Assembly: GCA_043228905.1 (NCBI GenBank)
Contig: JBHGNT010000021.1
Location: 7,936,001-8,000,000 of the forward strand
DNA: 64,000 bases
Direction: 5' to 3'
From: Azolla caroliniana
Taxonomy: Eukaryota; Plantae; Polypodiophyta
Shown: positions 38,378-51,669 of the stretch, one piece after another
How positions within the stretch are numbered: position 1 is the first letter of the stretch
Layout of the letters: every line of letters starts with the position of its first letter
Translations under genes and position numbers: made by a program
Notes under the pieces: generated by a model
The model's input: only the letters and a program-made list of their open reading frames with translations
The model's database searches: none
Told to the model about the DNA's origin: nothing

Positions 38378-39479
38378 CTGGTAACTGATCAGAGGGAAAG
38401 TATCCTGATTCTGCAGAATCAACAATGAAAATAGGCTGGATGATGCAGGCCTTCAAAACAAAGAAAGAAAATTTTATTTTATATAAAAGAATTTCACCTT
38501 AGAAATTATTGCCAATCACAGCAGAAACATCAAGAAACTTAAAATTCTGCATAATCAGCACTGAAAATATATCACATGATGAATAAAACGGATGAACTTT
38601 CTTAGTTTGACAGCACAAACTTGTGCATACACGAGATCATTGATCAGAACGGAGGCCTCCAAAAATTCTTCAAATTCAGCAAAGAAAATAGGTCGAACAA
38701 AAGAAGATTTCTTCTGACTCCACACCGCAAATTTTACCTTGCAATAGATCGTGGATCAAAAAACTAAGTGCTTAACACAGAAAGCGAATTGGATGGTGCA
38801 AACACGTTGCGGGGAAACATAGGAATCAGTTTCACACGACAAGGGATTTTCGATCAGAGAAGAAGGATATGAGTTTGGACAATCAACACAAGGAAATATG
38901 TCAGGATATAAGAATTTTCGAAACAAATAACAATTTTGGCTCCCCAGCACAAAATCCACAGTTAGAAAATATACTCCATTGAAGCGCAAGGACAAGAAAT
39001 CTACACAGATAATAATAATGTATAATTTAAAAACAGTGTCTGTTTCACACAAATAGTTTATTTTACTAGAGATCCTCCATCTTGGAAACAATTTCGGCTT
39101 CTGAAATGCTCTGCACGAATAAAAAACACAGGAAATAACTATTGGGAATGGAAGGAAGATTTCACAGCACATAATTCAGTGTGTGAGCGAATGCCGACAA
39201 AAGAAGAAGGATGAAGAGACCTAAAATTAGAAAGATCACGTGAAGGCAGGATTGAAAAATGAGAGATCCATATATACAAAGGAACAGGACCAAACGGTCG
39301 TGGAATTTTCCAGGAGAAAATAGGAAACGGAGAGAAAGGAGAAAGGAAAGAAAGAATAAAGGATATATCTTAACCGAACCGTACTGGAATTCTCGGGAGA
39401 GAGGATAAGCAGAGAGAAGGGGAGGAAAGGAAGAGAGAAGAGAGAAGAGAAAAATGGAGAAGTATCGAAGATTTCTTAC

Positions 39480-39765
39480 CTGTGATGGCGATGGCGATGG
39501 CGATGGTTGGAAGCAGAGAGAGTGTTTTAATGATGAATCGGGATGTAGAACTATCCGGGCAGAGGAAGATGAGAGTGCCGAAGGATTAGAGACAGACAGA
39601 GAGAGAGAACACAGAAGAGAAAGGGAAGTGAAGGGAAATGGAATGAAGTGGATGAAAAAGAGGAATCAATCCGCAGGAACAGGAACAGGAACAGAAGAAG
39701 AAGAAGAAGAACGAAGAAGAAGAAAGAAGAAAGAAGAAGAAGAGAATGATGGCGTGACAAGTACG

Positions 39766-39800
<35 letters not shown>

Positions 39801-39812
39801 CCTTTTTTTGTT

Positions 39813-39856
<44 letters not shown>

Positions 39857-39870
39857 CTCTCTCTCTCCTC
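39480..39870 (-). promoter_or_regulatory. Probable NUP98 5'-UTR exon and core promoter with GA/CT microsatellites
   Basis: Donor CAG|GTAAGA at 39480/39479, pyrimidine-rich leader on the minus strand, (GA)n 39768-39798 and (CT)n 39816-39866. Acceptor TTCTGCAG precedes the ATG exon at 38410. Confidence 0.6.
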
Positions 39871-39974
39871 CTGAAATTGTAGTAGTAATATTATTGATTC
39901 TTTGAGAGAAGAGGGAAAGGAAAGGAAAAGGAAAAGGAAAAGGAAAAATAGACACAAAAAAGAAGGAAATCCAT

Positions 39975-39999
39975 GAGAGAGTGTGAATGTGTGTGTGTG

Positions 40000-40059
<60 letters not shown>

Positions 40060-40590
40060 TGGAAGGAAGGAAGGAAGGCATTGGAGACCTTGGGTCGGAG
40101 TGTCCATTCGGCTGGTGTGTGTGTGTGAGATAGAAGTAAGGAAGACATTGGAGACTTTGGGTCTCGAGTGTCCATTCGGCTCGTGTGTGTGTGTGTGTGT
40201 GCGCGCGCGCGCACGTTAGAGTGTGAGAGATGGAAGGAAGGCATTGGAGACTTGGGTCGCTAGTGTCCATTCTGCTTGTGTGCTCGTGAGAGAGTGAGAG
40301 ATGGAAGGAAGGGATTGGAGACTTGGCCGGAGTGTCCAAATCGGCTTGTGCATGCCAAAGAAGAATGAGTTACCTGAAAAAGCTTGACGTGACTACATCC
40401 GGTGCCGATGGAAGGATGGCATTGCAGACTTGGTCGAAGTGTTCACTCTCCTCGTGCGTGAGAGTGTGAGATGGAAGGAATGAACAGATTGGAGACTTGG
40501 CTAGAGTACCCATTCGGCTTGTGCATGCTCCCAGTGAAGAATGAGTTACCTGAAAATCCTAACATGCCTACATCCAATGCCGATGGACAA
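39975..40590. repeat. Degenerate ~60-70-bp repeat array interleaved with (GT)n tracts
   Basis: gagatggaaggaaggcattggagacttgggtcg.agtgtccattcggct recurs about 6 times; the last units include a ~170-bp duplication (gaagaatgagttacctgaaaa). Confidence 0.8.
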
Positions 40591-42214
40591 AAAAACAAAA
40601 AAAATGCCTTCAATTAATTGCCCCATCCTACTACTCATGAGGACCCACTCCCCCCGATCGATCTTCTTGGTTCTTCGGTGTTTTTAGAAACAATGCTCGT
40701 CTCACCTCGAGAAGACTCATCTGCCTTCAATGGGCTAGAACTATATTAGGTTATACCAACGCCCTGTTGGAAACCGCAAATGTCCATTTCGCACACTTGA
40801 TGATCACGTCAAGCCGTCACAGATCAATGGAGTTTGCCTAAAGTCGTATCAAGAGACTCCACCACAGAAAAAGGTTGTGGCAAGCATAGTTGGGTGGCAC
40901 ATTCTCAAGGCACCATATTCCCCATGGCACCCATGTACACCATGATCAGATAGGTTCAACAATGTACCGACACACTCAGAACATCCATAGGTTTAGAATA
41001 GCCACACCTTGATAGTTAAAGAGCACTATAATCGCACACAAATTGACACTTTATTGTTCACAAAATGTCCCCAACTTAGTACAGAATTTTATTATTCGTT
41101 GTGTTAAATGTCAAAACATGAAGCCCAACATAGGTTATCCATGCCTCCAAATTGGGCATGGACATACGTATATAAGATAGAAGGGGTAGGAAATACGACA
41201 CCCCGGCTTAGCTATTTAAACCCGTTTGGCAACTATTTTCTTGCTCCTTCACATTTGCATTATGTTTCTCATACCCATTGAGCTCTACCAAGCATGTTGG
41301 TTTCCTTCTCTATTGCTCTCTATTTGTCTCTCCCTCGTCGTCATAGGACTTGTTTCTAATTCCCTCCTTGATTCTTGTTTTTGCTTGTGTCTTGTTTCTT
41401 CTTTCAAAGATGGAGATCTTATTTGATTCATTGCATGCATGGCTAATCCAATTTGGTCTTGACGTCCTAAATTCACACGTGGTAAGTGCATTTTTACACT
41501 AATTACCAGCTTTCCTTCGGTAAAGCATGAAACAAGTGCCTAAACTTGCAACACAATGATGTTACAAATCACCCAAATATGGACGCCGAAAAGGTGGTCT
41601 AGTGTTTTGAACCTTATTTAATGTCCTTGTAGATGTACAAGACAAAGGTGGACAAAATTTGTTCTTCTCAAAAGTCATAGCCTCTGTGCTTGATATAGGG
41701 TTGCTACACCACAAGTTTCCCCACATTCCCCATAGCAAGGTCAACCCTATGATCATTTCCTATCATGGCCAAATCATGGAGTAGGACTAATACACTAGGA
41801 AGTGATATTTGTAAAAGAATACGCGCGGAAGCATTATGCAAGACAACAGTTAGGTATACATAGGGTTAGCAGGGGAGAGACTAAGGTGAGCAGACAACAA
41901 AGAAATTTTATTACAAAATGCTCAATACATACAATAGTGCACAAACAACACTCTATATATACACGCCCTCTAACAAGGCTAACATGAAGTACTAACAAGT
42001 ACTTCAATGCTCTTAAAAGAGCATCTAATACTAACTCACCTATGTTAGGCCTATATACTAAAATAGGTATATAGGCATGTGACGTTCCGGATTGGCTTAC
42101 TCAATCATTCCGTCATCCAATTCGGATTTATCGTCCGGATCTAACATCTAGTCCAGAACCTAGTCCAGAACTTAGGCTTATTAGCCTAAGTGGGCTTAGC
42201 CGGCCGGATCATAT

Positions 42215-45200
42215 TGTTGGGTTCTTATTTTGAATCCCCAAAAAACATCACCACTTTAGGGTTATGAGAGTTTTTATGGATAGGGGGAAAAAACCTCCTA
42301 AAGAGGGAAAAAGTGCCCCTATAGTCGTAAGTGTGTTCACACACATCACTGTCCTAAGTTTGTTCACACACATCAGTGACCTATGTGTGTTCACACATTA
42401 CTGTCCTAAGTGTGTTCACACACATCACTATCCTAAGTGTGTTCACACATCACTATCCTAAGTGTGTTCACACACATCACTTCCAAAATATGTCAACAAA
42501 TCCCCCTTGGGAGTGATGCAGTGAACAAGGAGTTGACACTCATGGTTAAACAAGTGCCAAGCTATGTGGATAGAGATGAATCCACAAATGAGATTAGGCC
42601 TAAAGCTTTGCGGAAAGCTTCAAACTTCTCCCTAGGTAGAGCCTTTGTGAAGAGGTCTGCAATGTTATCCTGTGTGGGCACATAAGCCAAACTGATCTCT
42701 CTAGTGGAGAACCTTTCCCTTACATAGTGATAATGCACCTCAATGTGCTTAGTGCGAGCATGGAACACATGGTTCCTTGCAACTGCCAATGCGCTTTGAC
42801 TATCAGTGAAGATGGTGGTGGCAAAAGACTGACCAACAACCAAATCAGCTAAAAGGCATCTGAGCCACACACACTCAACTGTAGTTGTGAAAGCTGCCCT
42901 ATACTCAGCCTCACAACTAGAAGTGACCATAGTAGGCTGCTTCTTGCTCAACCAAGATATGCATGAGCTACCAAGCATTAAGCAAAAACCACTAGTGGAC
43001 ACATGAGTGTCATAACAACCAGCCCAATCAGAGTCAGAAAAAGCATGCAGGTCTGGCGATAGTGATCCCCCCTTGGGATAAAACAACCCAAGTGACAAGG
43101 TACCACTCAAGTAGCAAAAGATGCGCTCAACTGCCTACCAATGCTTAACTCCTGGGCAATGCATAAACGTGCTCATTTGAGAGACAACAAACTGAATGTC
43201 AGGTCGGGTTATGCATAAGTAAATCAAGCATCCAACTACTTGCTGATAGAGAACAACATCAAATGCATCTCCAACATCATGAAGGCTCAAACATAAACCT
43301 GTCTCAATGGGAGTGGCAATATGTTTACAGTCTTCAAGGTCAAAACGTTGTAATAATGTGTCAATGTATTTTGATTGACACAAAGCTATTCCACCATCGA
43401 CTTGCATGAATTGAATGCCTAAATAATGATGCAAATGCCCCAAATCTGACATCTCAAAAGAGGCATGCAAATCAACCTTAAAGTCCGCAATATGCTTCTC
43501 ATTGGGATCAATGAGCAACATATCATCGACATACACAACCATGATCAGAAATACATCATAAACACGCTTAACATATAAGGTGCTTTTAGTTGAACTATTC
43601 TCAAACCCAAATGCAATCAAATAGGCATGTATCTTTTCATACCAAGAACGTGGTGCTTGCCTCAAAGCCATATAATGCCTTTCTCAACCTGCACACTTTG
43701 TGTTCATGCCCTTTCTACACAAAACCATGGGGCTGGGATACATACACTTCCTCATGAAGATCACCATTTAGAAATGTTGTTTTAATGTCCAACTGATGTA
43801 CATTCCAACCACGATGAGTTGCAATTGCACAGATGCTACGAACAGTAGTCATACGACAGGTGGGAGCAAAGGTCTCATCAAAATCAATGCCTTTTTCTTG
43901 GGCATAACCTTTCGCAACAAGCCTAGCCTTATACCTGTCAATAGTTCCATCAAGTTTACACTTTAGCTTATATACCCACTTAGTGCCAATAGCCTTCTTG
44001 CTAGGAGGCAAGTCACATAAAGACCATGTACCAATCTTCATAATAGCATCATATTCTGATTGCATAGCAGCCATCCAATTTTCTGAATTTTGTGCTTCAT
44101 CAAAAGAAACAAGCTCACTCTCATCGCAAACACTAGGGGCAACCATAACATAACAATTTGATGCAAAAGAAGCACTATGATAGCCTGGACAATTACAATA
44201 TGACAAAGGAAAATCCAATTTACTGTCTTGCAAAGTCTGCAACAGCCATTTAGGCACAATCTTTGCCTCCTCTATATCAACCCTCTCATTAATAAGTGCA
44301 TCATGTAAGTCTGCATCAGAAATAGAATGATTTGCATCAGAAATGGAATGATCTGCATCATTATAAGTAGCTTCCAAAGGCTGAGAAGGTGCCTCAAGTG
44401 GGCCAACACTTAACTATCCACTTGTAAATAGAGGCAACAAAGTGTCATACACATCTCTGGAGCTAACTGATGTCTCCTTCGTACATGAAAGAAGTGGTTG
44501 AATTGCATCCTCCACAAAAACAATATCACGGCTAACCAAAATGCATTTAGATTGTGGATGACACAGATGATAGCCTTTACTTTCAGAATTGTATCCTACA
44601 AAAATACATTTCCCTGCTTTATCATCCAATTTTTTACATTGTTGTTTAGGCACTAATGCATATGCCAAACAACCAAAAACACGCAAATGAGCAACAGATG
44701 GCTTTTGGCGATGCCAAGCTTCAATGGAGTGATAGAGTGCAGTGCTTTAGTGGGACACCTGTTGAGTACATATGTTGCACACATGACAGTCTCAAGCTAG
44801 AAACTATGTGGTAAGTCATGACTTTTGACCATACACCTCGCCATTTCCATGAGTGACCTGTTCTTTCTTTCAGCAACTCCATTTTGTTGAGGTGTATACA
44901 GCACTATACACTGATGTTTTATCCCATGTTCAGCCAGAAATGCATTAAACTCAGAAGACATATAATCCCCCCCTCGATCAGAACGAAGGGTGCCCATTTT
45001 ACATGCTGACAAATTCTCAACCAAAGCTAGAAATTGTTTGAAGCACAGAAACTCTTCGGACTTTGCCTTCAATGGATATACCCATGCATGCCTAGAAAAG
45101 TCATCAATGAAAGTAACGAAATAAAGATAGTTCCCAAGAGAATGTGTCTACATAGGACCACAAACATCGCTATGAACAAGCTGCAATTTCTGCATAGCTC

Positions 45201-47457
45201 TAACTGAACCATCTTTTGGAAAGGATGAATGTTGCATTTTGCCCAAAATATAGCCTTCACAAACATGCTTCCGAGGTGCCTCAAGTTTAGGCAAGGAGGA
45301 TACTATTTCAGATTTCTGCAGGCGAAGCAAACTTGCAAATTTCAGAAGACCAAAGCGTGCATGCCAAATCTTTGCATCTGAAATAGCTTGAGAATCTTGT
45401 ATTGCACAAGCTTGATCATTTATAGATCTTTCATAATCTACGAGCTTATACAACCCATGACATAAAATGCCAGAAGCAATAATAACATCCCCATTGGACA
45501 GATCATGAACTTTACACCTGTCATCAACAAATTTAACGACCAAGCCAACTTTGGCTAATGATGAAACTGACAACAGATTTTTCTTGATCCCTGGCACAAA
45601 CAAAGCATCTAACAAGATGAAAGGACTACCATCAGCAATAGTCAAAATGATATTACCAACAACCATAACTGGATAAGATGAGTTGTTGGAGCATGTGATA
45701 GTATTCCCTATAGGGGTAGGCTCCAATGAAGTGAAGAAATTGCGCTACAAGGTAATATGTTTGGTTGCCCCACTATCGAAGTACCAAAAATCTGATTGTA
45801 CAACAGACATACATTGTTCAAGTGAAGATGGGTCAAAACTGCAAACAGTAGTAAATGTCCATTCTTCATTCTGCACAAGATTTGCAGACTCAGTTTTTGG
45901 TGCAAAAACTTCTGCAACAATGAGTCCTGCCTCCTTTTTCTTTGCCTCTTTTGCAGCCAATTTTGGACAGTTCTTCATAATATGATCAATTCCTTTACAA
46001 TATTTGCAAAACAGTTTTTGTTTCTGCTCTTGTTTTTTTTCATTCACTTGTGAATTATTAGCAAATCTCTGCTTGCTAGCAGAGGAGTTCCATTTACCTT
46101 TGCCCTTCTAACTAGCTAGGAAAGCTTGATCTGCAACACGCATAATAGACCTGTTTTGCCTAGACTGATCTTCCTGTAACAAAACAGAGACTAACTCCTC
46201 GAATGATAAGGAATTTGGATTACCTTTCATCATTAAACGAAGTGTAGAAGCAAAACTCTGATATGAATCAGGAAGACCATTTAGAATGGTTTGCACAAGT
46301 GAACTATCTGGTATCATTTCATCAACAAAAATTAATTGTTCCTTTGAATCTTTGATTTTTGTAAGAAAATTGTCTACAGAATCACCTTCATTTATGTGCT
46401 TGCTCTCCAATTGTTTTCGGAGATAAGCAACACGAGCCTCATTTCTTGCTTGGTACAAAGTGGTAAGAATATCCCAAACATCCTTTGCTGTCTTGCACGA
46501 GCGAATATGGGGAATAATCGCACGTTTCACAGACAAAGCTATCAAAGCATTAACCTGAGCATCTCTGCCATCCCAACGAAGTTGCTCTGTAGTTGGTACA
46601 ACAGAAATTGTAGCATGGGCATGAGCAGGATGGTCAACATCCTCGACAGAATCAATACCATCAGCATTTGTGTTCTCAACAACAAGACGTTTTTCAGCCC
46701 CTTGAACCACATTCAACAACCCCTTTGCTACTAATACATGACACATTATATAAGCCTAGAGAGGGTAATTTGTTCCATCCAGTTTATCCTCAATAGCAAG
46801 CATCCGAAATACATCATTGCTCTCAGCCATGGCCGTGGACTGAACACGTTTTGATGTAAAAAATGGACTGATGAATGAATAAAAGGGAATAATGTACCTC
46901 TTTTACTTGAAAGATGAACAAGCGAAGAGAAAAGGGACACAAATCTGATTTCTGAGGATTATAGGAATGTCTTGGAAGACTCAAGGAGACTTTTTCTAGG
47001 ATTGAATCGACTTGGAAGCAGAAAAAATCACACAACTGAAATTACATAGAGGAAGAAAACATGCAAAAATTTGTTTTTGCAACAACAGAAAAATGCCACC
47101 ACAGATGGCACAAACGGATTGCGTATGAGAGCCATTGCATTACTGCTCAAATGTCTCTTTGTAGCTCTGATACCACTGTTGGGTTCTTATTTTGAATCCC
47201 CAAAAAACATCACCACTTTAGGGTTATGAAAGTTTTTATGGACGGGGGAAAAAACCTCCTAAAAAGGGAAAAAATGCCCCTGTAGTCCTAAGTGTGTTCA
47301 CAAACATCACTGTCCTAAGTGTGTTCACACATTACTGTCCTAAATGTGTTCACACACATCACTATCCTAAGTGTGTTCACACATCACTGTCCTAAGTGTG
47401 TTCACACATCATTGTCCTAAGTGTGTTCACACACATCACTACCAAAATATGTCAACA
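42215..47457 (-). mobile_element. Full-length decayed Ty1/copia element G (about 5.2 kb), TSD CATAT/CGTAT
   Basis: LTRs 42215-42498 and 47177-47457 with 24-26-bp tandem repeats (cctaagtgtgttcacacacatcactgt). Perfect PBS TGGTATCAGAGC 47164-47175. PPT about 42499-42511. Gag, CKYCKGIDHIMKNC, WYFDSGA, INT, RT (YVDDM), RH (SDSDWAG), with many stops. Confidence 0.95.
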
Positions 47458-49274
47458 CGTATCCAGCTTGGCTTGTGACTTGTTCAGCCGACTAACCCAT
47501 CTTGAGCTTGTCCGCTCAACACTCCCCCTCAAGCTTAACTTGAGGTCAGTTCCTTGTGTCAGCTTCAGCTAGTTCCAACCTTCAGCTTGTCTTGGCGTCT
47601 TCACGCTTTGCGCGCACTCGTCTGGTTTGGTTCCGCATCCCACGACCCCTTTGGTCCAATGCTCCTTGATCCGTCCAGTTCCACACACCTCAACCCCTAT
47701 AGTTGGCATGTATGCTCTTCAAGCCCTTGTCAGCTCCCTCGTTGTTGCGGCATTGGCACCCCTCAACCCGCTGGTTCCTCCGTATTAGTGTCAGATTTGG
47801 CTGCCTCCTTGTCTGCCTGGCCTTCACATGATCCATCTCATCCGGATCACTTCGCTCTACCAGATTGGCTACCTTCGATCTATTACAACTCCTGGCCGAT
47901 TTGTCTATCTCCAATTTTTCCTCCATGAGGTCCTTGACCACATCTGACCACGTCCTGGTCTTGGCCTTCATCTTCAAGTTGGATCTGCCCTTATTGGCTC
48001 TGCCACCTGCCTTGCCTCCCTCTCGTTTGGTTGGCTCAGACTCTAGCTTGTTCTTTTGGTTGCTCCCCCTACATCTGGCTAGTCTATACTTAGCCAATCT
48101 CCTTCCACTTGTTCTCTTGTCTGATCCATCCTTGACTTCTTAAGCCGATTTGGATGTTCCAACTTCTTCAGCCGTCCCGGATTTGGATTCCACATTTGAT
48201 CCGGATATCCAAAATTCTATTGTTCAGATTGCTTCTCGAACATCTCTTCCCCTCTTGCCTTTGCTTTCGCTACTCCTCAAGTTCGTGTCGAGGTGTTGTA
48301 GGCCAAACATACTCGAAAAACGCCGCAACTTGTCTAGGTTGAGAGGTTTGGTGAAGATGTCAGAAACTTGCCGATTAGTCGGAATAATGCAGAAGTTCCA
48401 CTTCACCTGAGAGAACTCGCTCGCATACAAAGTGATAATGCACCTCAATGTGCTTTGTGCAAGCATGGAAGACAAGGTTCTTCACTAATTGGATCCTATT
48501 GAGATTGTCGTAGTATATCAATGTTGGCTCGAACATCTCCACTTGCAAATCCTTCAAGAACCTCTTGATCCATATGGCTTCTCATGTTGAGACAACCTCT
48601 CCTCTCTATTCGTCCTTGGTGCTCGATAGTGCAACTATCGGTTGCTTCTTACTGCCCCAAGTGATCGCGACACTTCCAAGTGAAAACGCAAAATTGGATG
48701 TCGACCTTCGATCACCGACATTTTCAGCCCAATCGGCATCCATGTAGCCAACTAACTGTCCAACTACACCAGTCTGATACAGCAACGCCCTATCCTTAGT
48801 GCCACTTACATATCTCAAGATTCTCTGCGTGCACTAAAGATGTTCGACTATCGGCTACAACATAAAATGACGGATCAATTCGACCGTATAGCTGATGTTC
48901 GGCCAAGTGATGGTCAAATATATCAGGCTTCTGACTACTTGTTGGAACCAGGTTGAGTCGCAAGTCGGGGACGATCCTTGGCGAAGCTTGACATTTCAGT
49001 CCAGAGGAGTTGAGACGGATTTGCAGTTAGTCATTCTGAACTTGAAGAGCATACTCAACACATAATGCCTTTGGTTTATCAGTATACCTTCCAAGGTGCG
49101 GATCACTTCGATCCCGAGGAAGTAATGGAGGTACCCAAGATCCTTCATTTCAAATGATGTGGCCAGGTAGAACTTTACGTAGTCGATTTCTTTTAGGTTG
49201 GCACCAACGATGACCAAGTCATCCACGTACAATAGTATACTTACCGGCTCGTCCCGACACTACCACATGAAGAG

Positions 49275-50118
49275 CAAGGTTGTTAGGTACGTTAGATACT
49301 GTACGTATACCATACGTATTTAACGTATTAATATGCGTATAGTACATCCCAATTTAAAAATAGATTAAATACATTTTTTAATATGTTAAATGCTTATAAA
49401 ATACGTATTTTACGTATAGTACATTAAATACTTCTAGAATTTGAAAATTATTTACCTTTCTAAAAAATATTTGTAATATTGTAAAAAGCATCTATGTTTA
49501 CACAAATTTGTGATGTACATTATAGTTCTACATCCTAAAATGCATATAAGACATTTGAACACTTCACATCCTAAAATACTTATAATATGGATGTCAACAT
49601 TCACTTATTCTATAAATTAGTGTAAGTGTGTATCACGATGTTCTATTTCAAATTGTAATTATTTACGATTATGCCCTCATAGGTTGAGGAATCGTCTACG
49701 ATTATCACATGCAGGATAGGTTTCTATCTTCTTTTCTCTCTTCTTCATCTTCATCTTCTATCTTCTGTGATTATCACAGTCAGAGTCAGTACAAGTTTTT
49801 GTCTTCTTTTCTCTCTTTCTTCTTCTCTTTCTTCTTCTTCTTCGTCGTCGTCGTTGTCATCTCTTCTATTCTTCTTTCTTCCTTCTTTTTGCTTCTTTTT
49901 CACTAAAATCTTTTTTTTCTTTTGCTTTTTGTTGGGGTTTTACTTACATTTTTTTATAAATACGTATTATACTTATTTTTTCAAATGTATGTTAAATACT
50001 ATATTGGACAAATGTACATGATATTTGACTGAACAACATTGAGGTATAGTACGTACTATACAAATTATGAGGTACTATATGTATTTAAACGTTAAATACG
50101 GGTACGTAAACAACCATG
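49275..50118. mobile_element. Non-autonomous hAT-like DNA transposon (844 bp) with 8-bp TSD ATGAAGAG
   Basis: ATGAAGAG at 49267-49274 and 50119-50126. Termini CAAGGTTGTT and (reverse complement) CATGGTTGTT. Subterminal TACGTA-rich repeats, AT-rich, non-coding. Copia RT resumes on either side. Confidence 0.88.
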
Positions 50119-51669
50119 ATGAAGAGTGAAGTGTCTGACTTTGATAGTGCAAACCCCATGTGACATAATCTTTGTGTGATCTTCGCATTCCAAACTAGGG
50201 CTTGCTTTAGTCCATAAAGGAACTTCTTCAGTCGGCAGACGACTGCTGTGTTTAATCTGAGAGGTTGCACCATATATGAAAAGAATGGCGGAAGCAATAG
50301 AAAACCAAACATACAGAAAACACGCAGGTTTAATGGAGAGCTTGAATATACACAATACGCGGGAGAGATAGAGAGAGAACACACAGAACTCAATTCAAAA
50401 TAATACTCAACTTGTACATAGGATGTGCTCAGTGAGCACTTTTATACAAGCCCTGACAATCGGGCTGACACAAGTACTGACAGTACTTGACTGCTCATAA
50501 ATGAGCCTCGACACTTACTCCCAAAACTATTCCTTACGAGGAATATCTCTTTAACGGCCTTTCGGTTTACGCACCGATACAGCCTCTCGTTACGCACCGG
50601 TTTGCGTACCAGTTTACGCATTGGTTTGGCCTAACCGATCGGTCCCAACCAATCCGGTTCTCGGCTTGCTCAACCGATCCGGCCGATGTTGAGCCTGTCT
50701 CTCAACACTTCCCCTCAAGCTCAACTTGAGGCTCTTCGGGATCTTCCGGATCACCGCTCCGGTTCCTCCTGGCTCCACGCCTCGCTTGTGCTCCTCGACC
50801 TATTCGACTCCGCGCGCTTCGACCCTTTTGGTCGGCTTGTCGGCTCCCACGGCCCTTCACAACTCCCTTGCTATCATGGTGTTGGCGCTTCTCCTGCTGC
50901 CTTCTTTTCCGCTTGACCCTTGGTTGATTCAGTGTATCCAAATCAAACATCCGAACCGACTCGGCTACCTCCGATCGGTTTTCGCTCTCATTCGAGTTGG
51001 TTGTCTCCAACTCGTCTTCGGTCTTCTCGCCCTTGACGACGTTGTCGTGAAGAAAACCGGCCAGAAGCGGAATCGGAGAAGCAAGGCGCATGAACCGACC
51101 CTACGCTTTCCCACACCAATTAATACCTTGTACATAACTAGGAGTAGGACGGTGGGTGTAAATAGACTAGATGTGACCGATCGAAAGTCTAGGGAATCAA
51201 CGAGTCGGACAGAGAATAATTTGATGAAAATGAGGGTGCAACGGCCTGCCTCGACGGCCTAAGGGGTATCGTGGATTAGTGAGGACGAAGTGCTGCCGGA
51301 TCGGGTACCGAGCTCTCTCTCTCCTCTTTCGGTGGTCATTCTCTACGGGTTTTGGGAGATCGCCGCCTTTGCTTCGTGGACAACCCGTGCGCTTCCATCA
51401 GAGGCTCTCCCTTCACGTTTTTGTGCTTGGCGTGTGAGCATTGCGTGTGTGTGGGTGTGTTCACCTGAGTTGGGTCCGTTACTGGCTTGCCGGTTGTAAT
51501 CGTTTGATTTTAATTAAGACTTTGTTCTCTCCTTCTCCCTCTGTGGTTTTGCAAAGACTTCTCCCTCTCTCTCTTCTTTCTCCCGCTCCTTGGTTCAAGG
51601 CCCCCGCGGTCCCGCCTCTTTCCACATGCGAAGAGCGTAACAACTCGACATATTTGGTGAACTTGACGT

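Larger units (their letters stand above)
41810..50276 (-). mobile_element. Ty1/copia element F, 3' part only (RT-RH-extension-PPT-3' LTR), interrupted by copia G and a hAT element
   Basis: RT (YVDDL) 50276-48900, RH ADWA and KHIEVHYHFV, PPT TTGAGGGGGAG 47522-47532. 3' LTR is 47458-47521 plus 41810-42214, ending GTATTCTTTTACA like LTR 61281-61683. Confidence 0.87.

Noticed and set aside
39454-40339. Several long ORFs upstream of NUP98
   Set aside because: Microsatellite-derived low-complexity translations (ER, SL, HT runs).
40600-41800. Possible decayed transposase remnants
   Set aside because: No motif could be read convincingly in any frame.
42320-42485. Short regularly spaced repeats superficially like a CRISPR array (also 47280-47445 and 3740-3960)
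   Set aside because: Head-to-tail tandem units with no unique spacers, inside eukaryotic LTRs, and no cas genes.
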